64,000 bases of DNA from an uncultured Spirochaetia bacterium (GTDB lineage Bacteria; Oederibacteriota; PGYV01; Palsa-1178), in contig CAYUDX010000002.1 of assembly GCA_964443355.1 (NCBI GenBank), positions 1,227-65,226 on the forward strand, read 5' to 3'. Below the pieces are notes generated by a model. That model made no database searches, was not told where the DNA came from, and worked only from the letters and a program-made list of their open reading frames with translations. The translations under genes were made by a program, and so were the position numbers. Numbering within the stretch: position 1 is the stretch's first letter; each line of letters starts with the position of its first letter. Positions 38,980-48,665 of this stretch are shown here, piece after piece.

Positions 38980-39735
38980 ATGGTAAAGATAAAATCCTAT
39001 TCAAAAAAGTTCGGGGACCGCGCGGTGCTCTCCGACATAAACATCAGCATCAGGGAGGGTGAGAACACCGTGCTTATCGGCGCCAGCGGCTCGGGCAAGA
39101 CCACGCTGATAAGGAGCATAAACGGCATGGTCGTTCCGGATTCGGGAGAGGTTTATGTCGGCGATGAAAAGATCCAGTTCAAGGATAAGAGAGCGCTCAG
39201 GGAAAAAAGGAAGCATATCGGGATGATATACCAGCATTTTAACCTGGTGGAAAGGACGACCGCTCTCCACAATGTGCTGACAGGCGCCCTTGGCAGGCTT
39301 GACATCGGCATGGACCTGTTCAGGTCCACCCTTGGTTTTTTTGAAAAAAAGGACAAAGAAAAAGCGCGCGAGATGCTGAGTTTTGTCAAGATCGAGTCCA
39401 TGCACGACAGGAGGGTGGACAGGCTCAGCGGCGGAGAAAAGCAAAGGGTTGCGATAGCAAGGGCCATGATGCAGGAACCAAGGGTAATGCTGGCGGACGA
39501 ACCCACGGCGAACCTTGACCCTGAAACATCAAAGAGCATAATAAAACTGCTGCTTAAGGTAAACAAGGAAAAAAAAGTGACGCTTGTGGCGGTGCTCCAT
39601 GACGTGGATACGGCAAGGAAATATTTCGACAGGGTGATCGCGCTGCGGAACGGACGGGTTTATTTTGACGGCAAAACAAGCGACCTGAAAGACAACTGCA
39701 TCAGTGAAATTTACGAAGCGGAAAAGGCAAATTAA
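38980..39735 (+). CDS. phnC: Phosphonate ABC transporter ATP-binding protein
   Basis: Walker A GASGSGKTT, LSGGEKQRV, LADEPTANLD. Confidence 0.8.
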   Translation: MVKIKSYSKKFGDRAVLSDINISIREGENTVLIGASGSGKTTLIRSINGMVVPDSGEVYVGDEKIQFKDKRALREKRKHIGMIYQHFNLVERTTALHNVLTGALGRLDIGMDLFRSTLGFFEKKDKEKAREMLSFVKIESMHDRRVDRLSGGEKQRVAIARAMMQEPRVMLADEPTANLDPETSKSIIKLLLKVNKEKKVTLVAVLHDVDTARKYFDRVIALRNGRVYFDGKTSDLKDNCISEIYEAEKAN

Positions 39736-39739
39736 TCAG

Positions 39740-41296
39740 ATGAACAGCGACAATATCAGGACTATGGGGCCCACGGCTGCGAAGTACGCAGCCTGGGCCC
39801 TGTTTTTACTGGCCTTAACAGGGTCTTTTGTAAGGACGGAATGCAATCCCGCGCATCTTATCGGGGGCATTCCGTGGATATTGTCCCTTGTCAGGGAAAT
39901 GTTCCCCCCTGATTTTTCAAGATGGAGGGAATACCTGCGCCTAACCATGGAAACAGTCGCCATGGGATTGTGGGGGACGCTTTTTGCCCTTATATTATCA
40001 TTTCCAATGTCTTTTTTGGGCGCGGTGAATACTTCGCCAAATAAAGCATTGCAGGCAATCGTAAAGTCATTTTTTACTTTTTTGAGGGCTATCCCGGAGC
40101 TTGTTTACGCCCTGATCTTCGTATTTTCCCTCGGGTTCGGGGTGCTGCCGGGCATACTGACGCTCACATTGGCCTCCACCGGGATGCTTGGGAAATTTTT
40201 TGTGGAAGCCATAGAAAGCGTTGACCCGAAAACGATCGAGGCGGTCCAGGCAACGGGCGGGCATCACGCGGCTGTTTTGAGGCACGCCGTTTTTCCGCAG
40301 GTTTTCCCGCTTTTTATCGGATACGTCCTTTACACCTTTGACCACAACATAAGGACGGCCATGGCCATAGGCATAATCGGCGCGGGCGGCCTCGGCCTGG
40401 AACTGTTCCGCACAATGCAAACCTTCAAGTACCCGCAGGTATTTGCCATCCTGATCATAATGTTCGTAATTGTGACGCTGGTTGACAGGGTCTCGCTGTA
40501 CATGAGGAACAAGGTGATCTCGGGAGACATACTTGAAAAAGGCAACAAGGTCATTTTCACGGCGGCTTCATGGATAGTCGCCGCGGCTTGCGTGTGCCTT
40601 TTGATATACGTGCCCCTTGACCTTGGCCAGATGATAAAAGGCATGCCGTTCCTATTCGATTTTGTGGCAAAAACATTTCCCCCGGACTTTTCGGACATGC
40701 CGAAGTACCTGGGGCTCGTCGTGGATACGCTTGCCATAGGTGTGAGCGGAACGGCGCTAGCCATAATAATTTCAATACCTTTGGGGATACTGGCGTCAAA
40801 AAACTTCGCGCGTTATCCGGTCGTATTCAACATAGCGAAAGAAATAATAAATTTTTGCAGGGCGATAGGGGATGTGGTTTTTGCCCTGATATTTGTCGTC
40901 GCGGTCGGCCTTGGGCCCTTTGCAGGAGTGCTGGCGCTGGGAGTGCATTCGGCCGGTTTGCTGGCAAAATTTTACGCCGAGGCCATAGAAAATATCGATA
41001 CAAAACCGAAAGAAGCCGTTGAAGCGACGGGAGCAAAGACGATCCAGGTCATCAGGCATGCCGTCTTCCCCCAGATCATGCCGCTTTTTAACAGTTACAA
41101 CCTTTACATTCTTGACAGGAATATCAGGACGTCGACCGTCCTGGGACTTGTCGGGGCCGGAGGCATAGGTTTTGAACTGACAATGGGCATAAGGCTGTTC
41201 CAGTACAACAAGGTATTGGCGCTGCTGATAATAGTCATGACCACAATATTCATTGTGGACAAGATATCGGAATATGTAAGAAAAAAAATAGTATAA
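39740..41296 (+). CDS. phnE: Phosphonate ABC transporter permease, fused tandem PhnE-PhnE
   Basis: ~519 aa with two homologous permease halves, each carrying an EAA loop (AVQATGGHHAAVLRHAVFPQ / AVEATGAKTIQVIRHAVFPQ). Confidence 0.75.
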   Translation: MNSDNIRTMGPTAAKYAAWALFLLALTGSFVRTECNPAHLIGGIPWILSLVREMFPPDFSRWREYLRLTMETVAMGLWGTLFALILSFPMSFLGAVNTSPNKALQAIVKSFFTFLRAIPELVYALIFVFSLGFGVLPGILTLTLASTGMLGKFFVEAIESVDPKTIEAVQATGGHHAAVLRHAVFPQVFPLFIGYVLYTFDHNIRTAMAIGIIGAGGLGLELFRTMQTFKYPQVFAILIIMFVIVTLVDRVSLYMRNKVISGDILEKGNKVIFTAASWIVAAACVCLLIYVPLDLGQMIKGMPFLFDFVAKTFPPDFSDMPKYLGLVVDTLAIGVSGTALAIIISIPLGILASKNFARYPVVFNIAKEIINFCRAIGDVVFALIFVVAVGLGPFAGVLALGVHSAGLLAKFYAEAIENIDTKPKEAVEATGAKTIQVIRHAVFPQIMPLFNSYNLYILDRNIRTSTVLGLVGAGGIGFELTMGIRLFQYNKVLALLIIVMTTIFIVDKISEYVRKKIV

Positions 41297-41307
41297 AAGA
41301 GGCCGAC

Positions 41308-41748
41308 ATGGATGAAAAAAAGTTGAATGAACGGATGCGGGAAATTGCCGCCGCCCTTGATGACGGCGCGTTCCTGGCGCTGCATGACGCAGTGATGAAG
41401 ACGGGGGCTGAATTTGTAAAGGGGCCTGAAACAGGGCTATTAATGATGGAACTGAAAGACACGTTTGACACCGGTTTTTATCTGGGCGAGATATTGATTA
41501 CGGAGGCAACGGCTGAATTGGACGGCCGGCAGGGGTATGCGATGGTTATCGGCGACAGCCCCGTGAAAGCCGGGTTATTTGCCGTAGTGGAAGCCATTGA
41601 AAAAGACCCGGATAAATATGCCGCCGTAATTGATGAAACAGAACAAGAGCTTGAAAAACTTGAAAATGCGGCGGGCGGATCCGTCAGAACGGAAAACGCC
41701 TTTATTTCCAGCACAAGGGTGAATTTTGAAAGCATGAGGAAGGGATAA
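41308..41748 (+). CDS. phnG: C-P lyase complex subunit PhnG
   Basis: 146 aa; the C-terminus STRVNFESMRKG parallels the E. coli PhnG tail (ASRVDFFTMVRG). Confidence 0.75.
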   Translation: MDEKKLNERMREIAAALDDGAFLALHDAVMKTGAEFVKGPETGLLMMELKDTFDTGFYLGEILITEATAELDGRQGYAMVIGDSPVKAGLFAVVEAIEKDPDKYAAVIDETEQELEKLENAAGGSVRTENAFISSTRVNFESMRKG

Positions 41749-41751
41749 ACA

Positions 41752-42315
41752 ATGGGAACCCAAATTGAAATTGACAGGAAACAGGAAATTTTCCGGGAAC
41801 TGATGGGAGCAATGGCAAGGCCGGGCAGATTAACCGGGATCACGCCGTCAAAAGTCGGGATCCTTACGGACGTCCTGGATGTTTTACTGGACCATGAGGT
41901 CGTTTTTTGCGTCCTCGGGGAAAATAAAGATCTTTTGGAAAAAAGGATAACCGCCGCGACAGGTTCGATGCCGGCCGGCATAGGCAGCGCTGATTTTGTG
42001 ATTACGGCCGCATGCGATACCGGCGACGAACTGTATAAGGCGAAAAGAGGATCTCTGGAATATCCGGACAATGGGGCGACGGTCATATATTATTCCGCCG
42101 CACCGCAAGGAAATAAAAACAATCAGGATTTTATTTTCAAAGGGCCGGGCATAGCTCCCGGATCCGGCCCCGTATCTCCGGGTATACCGGAAAATGAATT
42201 AAAAAAACTCTCGGAAATAAACTCGGACTATCCTCTCGGCCTGGATGTTGTAATAATATCCGGGAACAGCCTGCTCTGCATCCCCAGGTCATCCAAAATA
42301 ACGGGGGTGAAATAA
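41752..42315 (+). CDS. phnH: C-P lyase complex subunit PhnH
   Basis: 187 aa; N-terminal pattern F..LM.AM.RPG and position in the cluster. Confidence 0.7.
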   Translation: MGTQIEIDRKQEIFRELMGAMARPGRLTGITPSKVGILTDVLDVLLDHEVVFCVLGENKDLLEKRITAATGSMPAGIGSADFVITAACDTGDELYKAKRGSLEYPDNGATVIYYSAAPQGNKNNQDFIFKGPGIAPGSGPVSPGIPENELKKLSEINSDYPLGLDVVIISGNSLLCIPRSSKITGVK

Positions 42316-43400
42316 TGGGATATATAGCGGTAAAAGGAGGCAAAGACGCCATTGAAAACGCGGAAAAATACCTGGAGTTCCAGAGGTTAAAAGGGGCTTC
42401 CGACGACCTGTCCATCGGACAGATAAAAGACCAGCTGTACTTCGCTGTGGACAGGATCATGAGCGAAGGTTCTTTATACGCGCCGGAGCTGGCCGCGCTC
42501 GCCTTTAAACAGGCCGCGGGGGACACACTTGAGGCGTCGTTCATATTGAGGGCATACAGGACGACCAAGCCCCGGGTGGGCTATTCACTGCCCTGCAACA
42601 CGCAAAAAATGAAAGTTATACGGAGAATATCGGCCGCGTTCAAGGATATACCGGGAGGGCAGATACTGGGCCCGACGTCCGATTATACCCTGAAGCTGCT
42701 GGATTTCGGGCTTGAAGAGGCGGACAATGAAAAAAGAAAGGCGGAACTGGAAAAATTATTGGGCGATATCGTCAATTACAAAGATTATGAAGACATAGGC
42801 GAATTGCCCAGGGTCATTGATATGCTGAGGAAGGAAGGCCTGGTCATAGAGAACAAACGGGCAAAGGAAGGTGAAATATTTGATATTACGAGGGAATCAA
42901 ATGTTTTTCCGGCATCAAGGAGCGCTTCATTGCAGACGATGGCCAGGGGCGAAACAGGCGGCCTGCTGCTTTTGGCTTATTCGAACGTCCGGGGTTACGG
43001 GGACATTCACCCCGCGCTCGGGGAACTGAGGGTGGGGTACGTGCCGGTCATGATAACCCATCCCTTGACCGGGGAGCCTTATGAAATTGGGAAGGTGAAA
43101 ATTACCGAGGCCGAGATAATCGCGCGTTTCAATGTCGAGGGGGAAAAGCCGAAATTCTCCCTCGGGTACGGGGTCTGTTTCGGCCATAACGAAGTAAAAG
43201 CCATATCAATGGCCATACTGGACAGGGCCATGGCGGCAAGCGGGGCAAAACACGCGTCAAACGACCAGGAATTTGTCCTGTCGCATGTCGACGGCATCGA
43301 ATCCATGGGTTTTACCATTCACTGGAAGCTGCCTCATTACGTCACCTTCCTGTCGGACCTTGACCGTTTGAGAAAGGCGCAGGAGGTATCCAAAAAATGA
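42315..43400 (+). CDS. phnI: C-P lyase complex subunit PhnI
   Basis: MGYIAVKGGKDAIENAEKYLE parallels the E. coli N-terminus MYVAVKGGEKAI; 361 aa. Confidence 0.85.
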   Translation: MGYIAVKGGKDAIENAEKYLEFQRLKGASDDLSIGQIKDQLYFAVDRIMSEGSLYAPELAALAFKQAAGDTLEASFILRAYRTTKPRVGYSLPCNTQKMKVIRRISAAFKDIPGGQILGPTSDYTLKLLDFGLEEADNEKRKAELEKLLGDIVNYKDYEDIGELPRVIDMLRKEGLVIENKRAKEGEIFDITRESNVFPASRSASLQTMARGETGGLLLLAYSNVRGYGDIHPALGELRVGYVPVMITHPLTGEPYEIGKVKITEAEIIARFNVEGEKPKFSLGYGVCFGHNEVKAISMAILDRAMAASGAKHASNDQEFVLSHVDGIESMGFTIHWKLPHYVTFLSDLDRLRKAQEVSKK

Positions 43401-44269
43401 ACAACGCGTCTGAAAAAATCGAAGGAAATAACAAGTACAATTTTGCGTTCCTGGATGAGAACGCCAAGAAAGAGATACGCAGGAGGATACTAAAGGCCAT
43501 TGCCATTCCCGGATACCAGGTGCCGTTCGGATCGCGTGAGCTTCCGATAGCGCGCGGATGGGGAACGGGCGGGCTGCAGATAACCCTCTCCATAATAGGC
43601 AGGAACGATATTTTAAAGGTCATCGACCAGGGATGCGACGACAGCGTGAACGCCGTCAACATCAGGAGGTTCATTAAAAGCGTCACGGGGGTTGAAATGA
43701 CGACCGACACGGAAAAGGCGACGCTTGTGCAGACAAGGCACAGGATACCGGAGAAGCCGCTGACAAAAGACCAGATAATTATTTTTCAGGTGCCTTTTCC
43801 CGAGCCTTTGAGGACAGTGGAGCCCTCCGAGGCGGAAACGAGGAGGATGCACGCCGAAGCCGATTACAGCAGGATGTGGCTTTATCTTTATGAGGACATC
43901 GTGAAATGCGGGGAAATAAGCATAGGCGCCAGGTACCCCGTTTTTGTGAACAACCGGTATATCATGGACCCGAGCCCGATACCCAGGTGGGATATTGAAA
44001 AACTGAATAATTCGGAATGCCTCAACCTTTTTTGCGCGGGCAGGGAAAAAAGGATCTACGCCATACCCCCTTATACGGCCGTTAAGCCTCTCGAGTTCGA
44101 GGATTTCAGGTTCAGGACCGAGGATTTTAAGGGGAAAAAATGCGAAAAATGCGGCAGCGCGGATTCTTACCTGGATGAAACGATCGACGATTCCGACGGC
44201 ACCAGGCATTATTATTGCTCGGACGCGGATTACTGTGAAAAAAACTCGGACAACGCGGTGAAAAAATGA
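43397..44269 (+). CDS. phnJ: C-P lyase catalytic subunit PhnJ (radical SAM, [4Fe-4S] C-terminal Cys cluster)
   Basis: AIPGYQVPFGSRELPIARGWGTGG plus the C-terminal C-x2-C-x21-C-x5-C cluster. Confidence 0.9.
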   Translation: MNNASEKIEGNNKYNFAFLDENAKKEIRRRILKAIAIPGYQVPFGSRELPIARGWGTGGLQITLSIIGRNDILKVIDQGCDDSVNAVNIRRFIKSVTGVEMTTDTEKATLVQTRHRIPEKPLTKDQIIIFQVPFPEPLRTVEPSEAETRRMHAEADYSRMWLYLYEDIVKCGEISIGARYPVFVNNRYIMDPSPIPRWDIEKLNNSECLNLFCAGREKRIYAIPPYTAVKPLEFEDFRFRTEDFKGKKCEKCGSADSYLDETIDDSDGTRHYYCSDADYCEKNSDNAVKK

Positions 44270-45144
44270 TCAAAAAACCCGTCCTGAAAGCCAGGCATAT
44301 CACAAAAATATTCGGGAAAGGCTGCCCGACGTGCCTGGATGACGACTCGAGTTTTGAGGGCAACATTTGCCCGGACTGCAATTCCGTGGTCGGGTGCAAA
44401 AATATTTCCTTTGACCTGTATCCCAATGAAGTGCTTGGAATAGTGGGAGAGAGCGGCTCGGGAAAATCAACGCTGGTCAGGATGCTTTACCTCGATATCG
44501 AACCCACCAAAGGGGAGATGTTCCTTGAGTTTGACGGGGACGGCGCGGAGCCGGAAGGATATTCAGGACTGCCGCCGCAGGCCGTCGGATGCGATATTTT
44601 TGGCGCCAGATCATTCGTTAAAAGGCATATAAAGAACTTTTTTTTCGGCATGGTGTACCAGTCCGCGCAGCTGGGGCTGAAGCTTGACGTTACGGCCGGC
44701 GGGAATATTGTGGAACGCATGCTTATGGCCAACGGTAGGGACATCAAAAAAATGAGGGCCAGGGCCTCGTACCTCCTGGGTAAAACGGAGATCCCGGTCG
44801 AGAGGATGGACGAACCGCCGAAAAATTTCAGCGGCGGCATGCAGCAGAGGGTGCAGATAGCAAAGGCCATTTCCAACGAACCGGCGATACTGCTGCTCGA
44901 TGAGGTTACCACGGGGCTTGACGTGTCGGTCCAGGCAAAGGTCCTTGACTTGATCCGCAAGCTGCAGAACGAGATCAAGGTGTCCATGCTTGTGGTATCG
45001 CACGACCTCGGGGTCATAAGGCTTTTGACGAACAGGACCATAGTTATGAAGGACGGAAGGATTATAGAGTCGGGACTTACGGACCAGATACTGGAAGATC
45101 CGCAGGAAGAATACACGCAGATACTTGTTAATTCCGCGTTATAA
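44266..45144 (+). CDS. phnK: C-P lyase-associated ATPase PhnK (with an N-terminal Cys4 insertion)
   Basis: VLGIVGESGSGKSTL ... FSGGMQQRVQIAKA ... C-terminal EDPQEEYTQILVNSAL. Extra insertion CPTCLDDDSSFEGNICPDCNSVVGC. Confidence 0.85.
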   Translation: MIKKPVLKARHITKIFGKGCPTCLDDDSSFEGNICPDCNSVVGCKNISFDLYPNEVLGIVGESGSGKSTLVRMLYLDIEPTKGEMFLEFDGDGAEPEGYSGLPPQAVGCDIFGARSFVKRHIKNFFFGMVYQSAQLGLKLDVTAGGNIVERMLMANGRDIKKMRARASYLLGKTEIPVERMDEPPKNFSGGMQQRVQIAKAISNEPAILLLDEVTTGLDVSVQAKVLDLIRKLQNEIKVSMLVVSHDLGVIRLLTNRTIVMKDGRIIESGLTDQILEDPQEEYTQILVNSAL

Positions 45145-45158
45145 GGACGGGAGAAAAA

Positions 45159-45842
45159 ATGATAAAGATAAGCGGATTGTCAAAGACGTTCAGGATGCAC
45201 ATTTTGAAAGGTAAAATAATAGAAGGGTTTAAGGACGTCTCTTTTTCCGTAAAGCCGGGACAGGCGCTGGGCATTAAGGGGAAAAGCGGCAAGGGCAAGA
45301 GCTCGGTCTTGAAGTGCGTGTACAGGACATATATACCCGGCAGCGGAAGCATTATGTACGCGTCGGGAAGTTACGGCGACATGGACCTCGCGTGCGCCAG
45401 CGAGCATGAGGTTATTTCAGTAAGGAAATCGGAGATAAGCTTCATAACGCAGTTCCTGCACATAATCCCGAGGGTATCGGCCCTCGATGTGGTGGCGGAG
45501 CCGCTTGTCGCCTCCGGGGCCGGTGCGGCCGAAGCCAGGGAAAAAGCGGCCGCTCTTTTGTCCGAACTGGGAATACCGGAAGGGCTATTTGACGCGTTCC
45601 CGTCCACTTTCAGCGGCGGAGAGAAACAAAGGATAAACATAGCCCGCTCCATAATAAAAGCTCCGAGGCTGCTTTTGATGGACGAACCCACCGCGTCGCT
45701 TGACAAAAAATCCACGGTGACGGTGGTTGAACTGCTCAAAGGCCTCAAGAAAAAAGGTACGACAATGATCGGGGCCTTCCACGACATGTGGGTGATGGAC
45801 CAAATATCGGACTCGATATATGAAATGGACGGTGGGCAATGA
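45159..45842 (+). CDS. phnL: C-P lyase-associated ATPase PhnL
   Basis: ABC ATPase without a permease partner (GKSGKGKSS ... FSGGEKQRINIARS ... [11 protein letters not shown]); 227 aa. Confidence 0.8.
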   Translation: MIKISGLSKTFRMHILKGKIIEGFKDVSFSVKPGQALGIKGKSGKGKSSVLKCVYRTYIPGSGSIMYASGSYGDMDLACASEHEVISVRKSEISFITQFLHIIPRVSALDVVAEPLVASGAGAAEAREKAAALLSELGIPEGLFDAFPSTFSGGEKQRINIARSIIKAPRLLLMDEPTASLDKKSTVTVVELLKGLKKKGTTMIGAFHDMWVMDQISDSIYEMDGGQ

Positions 45843-46999
45843 AAAAATCAATGCTTATAAAGAACGCGCGCGTGGTGACCCCGCACGGGATCATTGAGAA
45901 CGGCGGCGTGCTCGTTGAGAACGGCAGGATAACGGCGGTAGGGCCGCATATGGCTGAAAACGGAGGGGATGTTTTTGACGCTTCAAACCGGTGCCTTCTC
46001 CCGGGTTTCGTCGACCTGCACTGCGACTGCATAGAAAAAGAGATCGAGCAAAGGCCTGAAAGTTATTTCCCGCCGAATATCTCGATACTTGAAACGGACA
46101 AAAAAGCCGTGTCTTCGGGTATAACCACCACTTTTTATTCCCTGTCGTTTTCCGGGTCTGAAATAGGCCTGAGGTCGAACGCAAAGGCAAAGGAGATAGT
46201 GCATGAAATAATGCGCTTAAAAAGCCGCCTTATCGCGGATTCGAGGATACACGCGCGTTTTGAGATAACGGCAACCGAAGCCGTGCCCCTGCTTACCGAG
46301 CTCATTACCGAGGGGGCAATTGACCTGTTTTCAATCATGGACCACACCCCGGGACAGGGCCAGTTCAAGGATGAAAGGGCCTATAAGAATTATTACGGCA
46401 AGACATATAAAAAGGACGACAGCTCCATGGAGCAGACCATAAAGGAAAAAAGGGAGCGGAAAAAGACGGAGGCGCCGGGGAATATTGAAAAGATGATAGC
46501 ATTGTGCAGGATGAAGAACATCACAATAGCCTCTCACGACGACGATTCCGAGGAAAAAATAATGTTCCTGAAGGAAAAAAACATACCCATATGCGAGTTC
46601 CCGGTGAACATTGATACGGCAAAAAAAGCGCGCGCTGAAGGCTTGAACGTGGTCCTGGGCGCGCCGAATATAATAAAGGGCGGGTCCCACTCGAATAATT
46701 TAAGCGCCTTGGACGCCATAAGGGACGGCTACTCGAGCATCATATGCTCGGATTATATGGCCACTTCAATGCTGTACGCGGTCTTCAAACTGGTTTCCAT
46801 GAAAATACTCGGCCTCCACAGCGCCGTGAACATGATCAGCTTAAACCCGGCAAACGCGGTGAACCTCGGGGAGAGCAAGGGTTCGCTTGAGGCCGGAAAA
46901 GACGCGGACATTATACTGGTGGACGACAGTTTCGAGGTGCCTGTCATAGAGAAAGTCTTCATAAAAGGAGCCGAGGTTTATCACAGGTGCAGGCCGTGA
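45839..46999 (+). CDS. phnM: Amidohydrolase-family PhnM (ribose 1-methylphosphonate 5-triphosphate diphosphatase)
   Basis: Amidohydrolase motifs (LLPGFVDLHCDCIE ... SHDDD ... ICSDY); 386 aa, directly after phnL. Confidence 0.8.
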   Translation: MKKSMLIKNARVVTPHGIIENGGVLVENGRITAVGPHMAENGGDVFDASNRCLLPGFVDLHCDCIEKEIEQRPESYFPPNISILETDKKAVSSGITTTFYSLSFSGSEIGLRSNAKAKEIVHEIMRLKSRLIADSRIHARFEITATEAVPLLTELITEGAIDLFSIMDHTPGQGQFKDERAYKNYYGKTYKKDDSSMEQTIKEKRERKKTEAPGNIEKMIALCRMKNITIASHDDDSEEKIMFLKEKNIPICEFPVNIDTAKKARAEGLNVVLGAPNIIKGGSHSNNLSALDAIRDGYSSIICSDYMATSMLYAVFKLVSMKILGLHSAVNMISLNPANAVNLGESKGSLEAGKDADIILVDDSFEVPVIEKVFIKGAEVYHRCRP

Positions 47000-47715
47000 A
47001 GATCGGGCTGATATCCGACATACACGGCAATTACGCCGCTTTGAAAACGGTGATAAGGGAATTAAAGGCCGCAGGCGCGGATGCAGTTTTGAACGCGGGA
47101 GATAATGTGGGCTATTCTTCCGGCCATGAAGAGTGCATCAAACTGCTTGTTGATGAGAGCGTATCCGGCTGCATGGGCAATTATGACGAGGCCGTGGCTT
47201 TTGACAGGCCGGTATGCGGCTGCGGCGAAAGCGATGATAAAGCGCTCATAAAAATGCGCGCGGCATCCCTTAAATGGGCCCGTGAGAACGCCTCGCCGGA
47301 GGCGAATAAGTTCCTGTCGCTTCTGCCACGGAAACTGGAATTGAACCCTGGCAACATAAGTATACTGGCTGTGCACGGAGGCCTTGACGTTATTAACGAT
47401 ATGATCGGGGAAAATGATGACGCAAAAATGGGGGAGATGGCCTCCAAAACAAACGCCGACGTAATTGTTATGGGGCACACCCACATCCCTTTTTCCAGGA
47501 AGGCCGGCGGCAAATTGTTCGTAAATCCCGGCTCCGTCGGCAGGCCCGTAGACGGCGATCCGAGGGCGTCATACGCCATACTGACCGTAAGCAACGGCTT
47601 AAACATAGAACTGCGCAGGACGGTGTATGACGTTGAATCCAACATCAGCGACCTGGTATCGGCGGGCCTTCCGGCTGAAATAGGGGCCGCTTTAAGGTGC
47701 GGGAGGGAGATATAA
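46987..47715 (+). CDS. Metallophosphoesterase (YfcE/MJ0936-like phosphodiesterase) at the 3' end of the phn cluster
   Basis: LISDIHGN, AGDNVGY, GNYD, VMGHTHIPF. Overlaps the phnM stop. Confidence 0.7.
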   Translation: MQAVKIGLISDIHGNYAALKTVIRELKAAGADAVLNAGDNVGYSSGHEECIKLLVDESVSGCMGNYDEAVAFDRPVCGCGESDDKALIKMRAASLKWARENASPEANKFLSLLPRKLELNPGNISILAVHGGLDVINDMIGENDDAKMGEMASKTNADVIVMGHTHIPFSRKAGGKLFVNPGSVGRPVDGDPRASYAILTVSNGLNIELRRTVYDVESNISDLVSAGLPAEIGAALRCGREI

Positions 47716-48665
47716 TGAAAAGGATAGGGTACAGGATCGACGACCAGAAAATAGACGGCAGCCTGAATAATCTTACGGGAGAGCTTGATTCCCTGAAAGG
47801 ACTTGGTTTGCGGTGCGTTGAACTGCCCGTGCACGGGCTGGATGTGATAAAGAACTGTGAAATTGACGGTAAAGCCTTAAAAGGAGTCGCGGATATCCTT
47901 GGCCGGTACGATTTTGAGTACAGCGTGCACTGCGCCGATTCAATGGACCTTATGGATGAGGGGAATTTCCATGATAATCTGAAGGTTTTTTCCTCCTCCC
48001 TGGAATTCTGTTCGCATATAAAATCCGGCGTATTTGTTTATCATCCCGGAAGGTTCATACCCGAGGGGGAGTTCCACTTTAAAGACAGGATAGCGCCCGA
48101 TGAGGCGCGCAGGCAGGAACTTTTGGCCATGGAGGCGTCATGCATCAAAGATCTGGCCGACAAATATCCGGGAGTCAGGATATGCATGGAAAATGCCAGG
48201 CCCTATAAGGACATGGCGCGTTACTGCTATGCGGAGGAAATGGACCGGCTTGTCAAACAGGTCGAAACAATCAGGCGGGTCAATGTCGGTATAACCCTTG
48301 ACACCGGACACCTGAACCTGTCGGCAGGGTATTATAATTTTGACATAATGAAGGCGGTGGACACGGCGAAAAAATATATTTTCCACGTCCATCTGCACGA
48401 TAATTTCGGCAAGGTGTGTTATTATCACGAGAAAAAGCAGACGCATCTTATCCCGCTGGGAAAAGGCGACTGCCATATGCCCATAGGGAGTGGAAACGCT
48501 CCAATAAAGGCCGTTATTAACTGCCTTGGCGCGGAGTATGAGGGTATATATGTATTAGAATACAGGGGCAGGTATAAGGAGTTCTTAAAGGGATCTGTTG
48601 AAAAACTCATGCATTTCTTGTCCGATACGGAACAAAAGGAGACTGGAAATGGCAAAAACATATAA
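47715..48665 (+). CDS. Sugar-phosphate isomerase/epimerase (xylose-isomerase-like TIM barrel family)
   Basis: TIM-barrel AP-endonuclease-2 family pattern (VELPVHGLD ... CMENARP ... ITLDTGHLNLS ... HVHLHDN). TAATG overlap with the upstream gene. Confidence 0.6.
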   Translation: MKRIGYRIDDQKIDGSLNNLTGELDSLKGLGLRCVELPVHGLDVIKNCEIDGKALKGVADILGRYDFEYSVHCADSMDLMDEGNFHDNLKVFSSSLEFCSHIKSGVFVYHPGRFIPEGEFHFKDRIAPDEARRQELLAMEASCIKDLADKYPGVRICMENARPYKDMARYCYAEEMDRLVKQVETIRRVNVGITLDTGHLNLSAGYYNFDIMKAVDTAKKYIFHVHLHDNFGKVCYYHEKKQTHLIPLGKGDCHMPIGSGNAPIKAVINCLGAEYEGIYVLEYRGRYKEFLKGSVEKLMHFLSDTEQKETGNGKNI

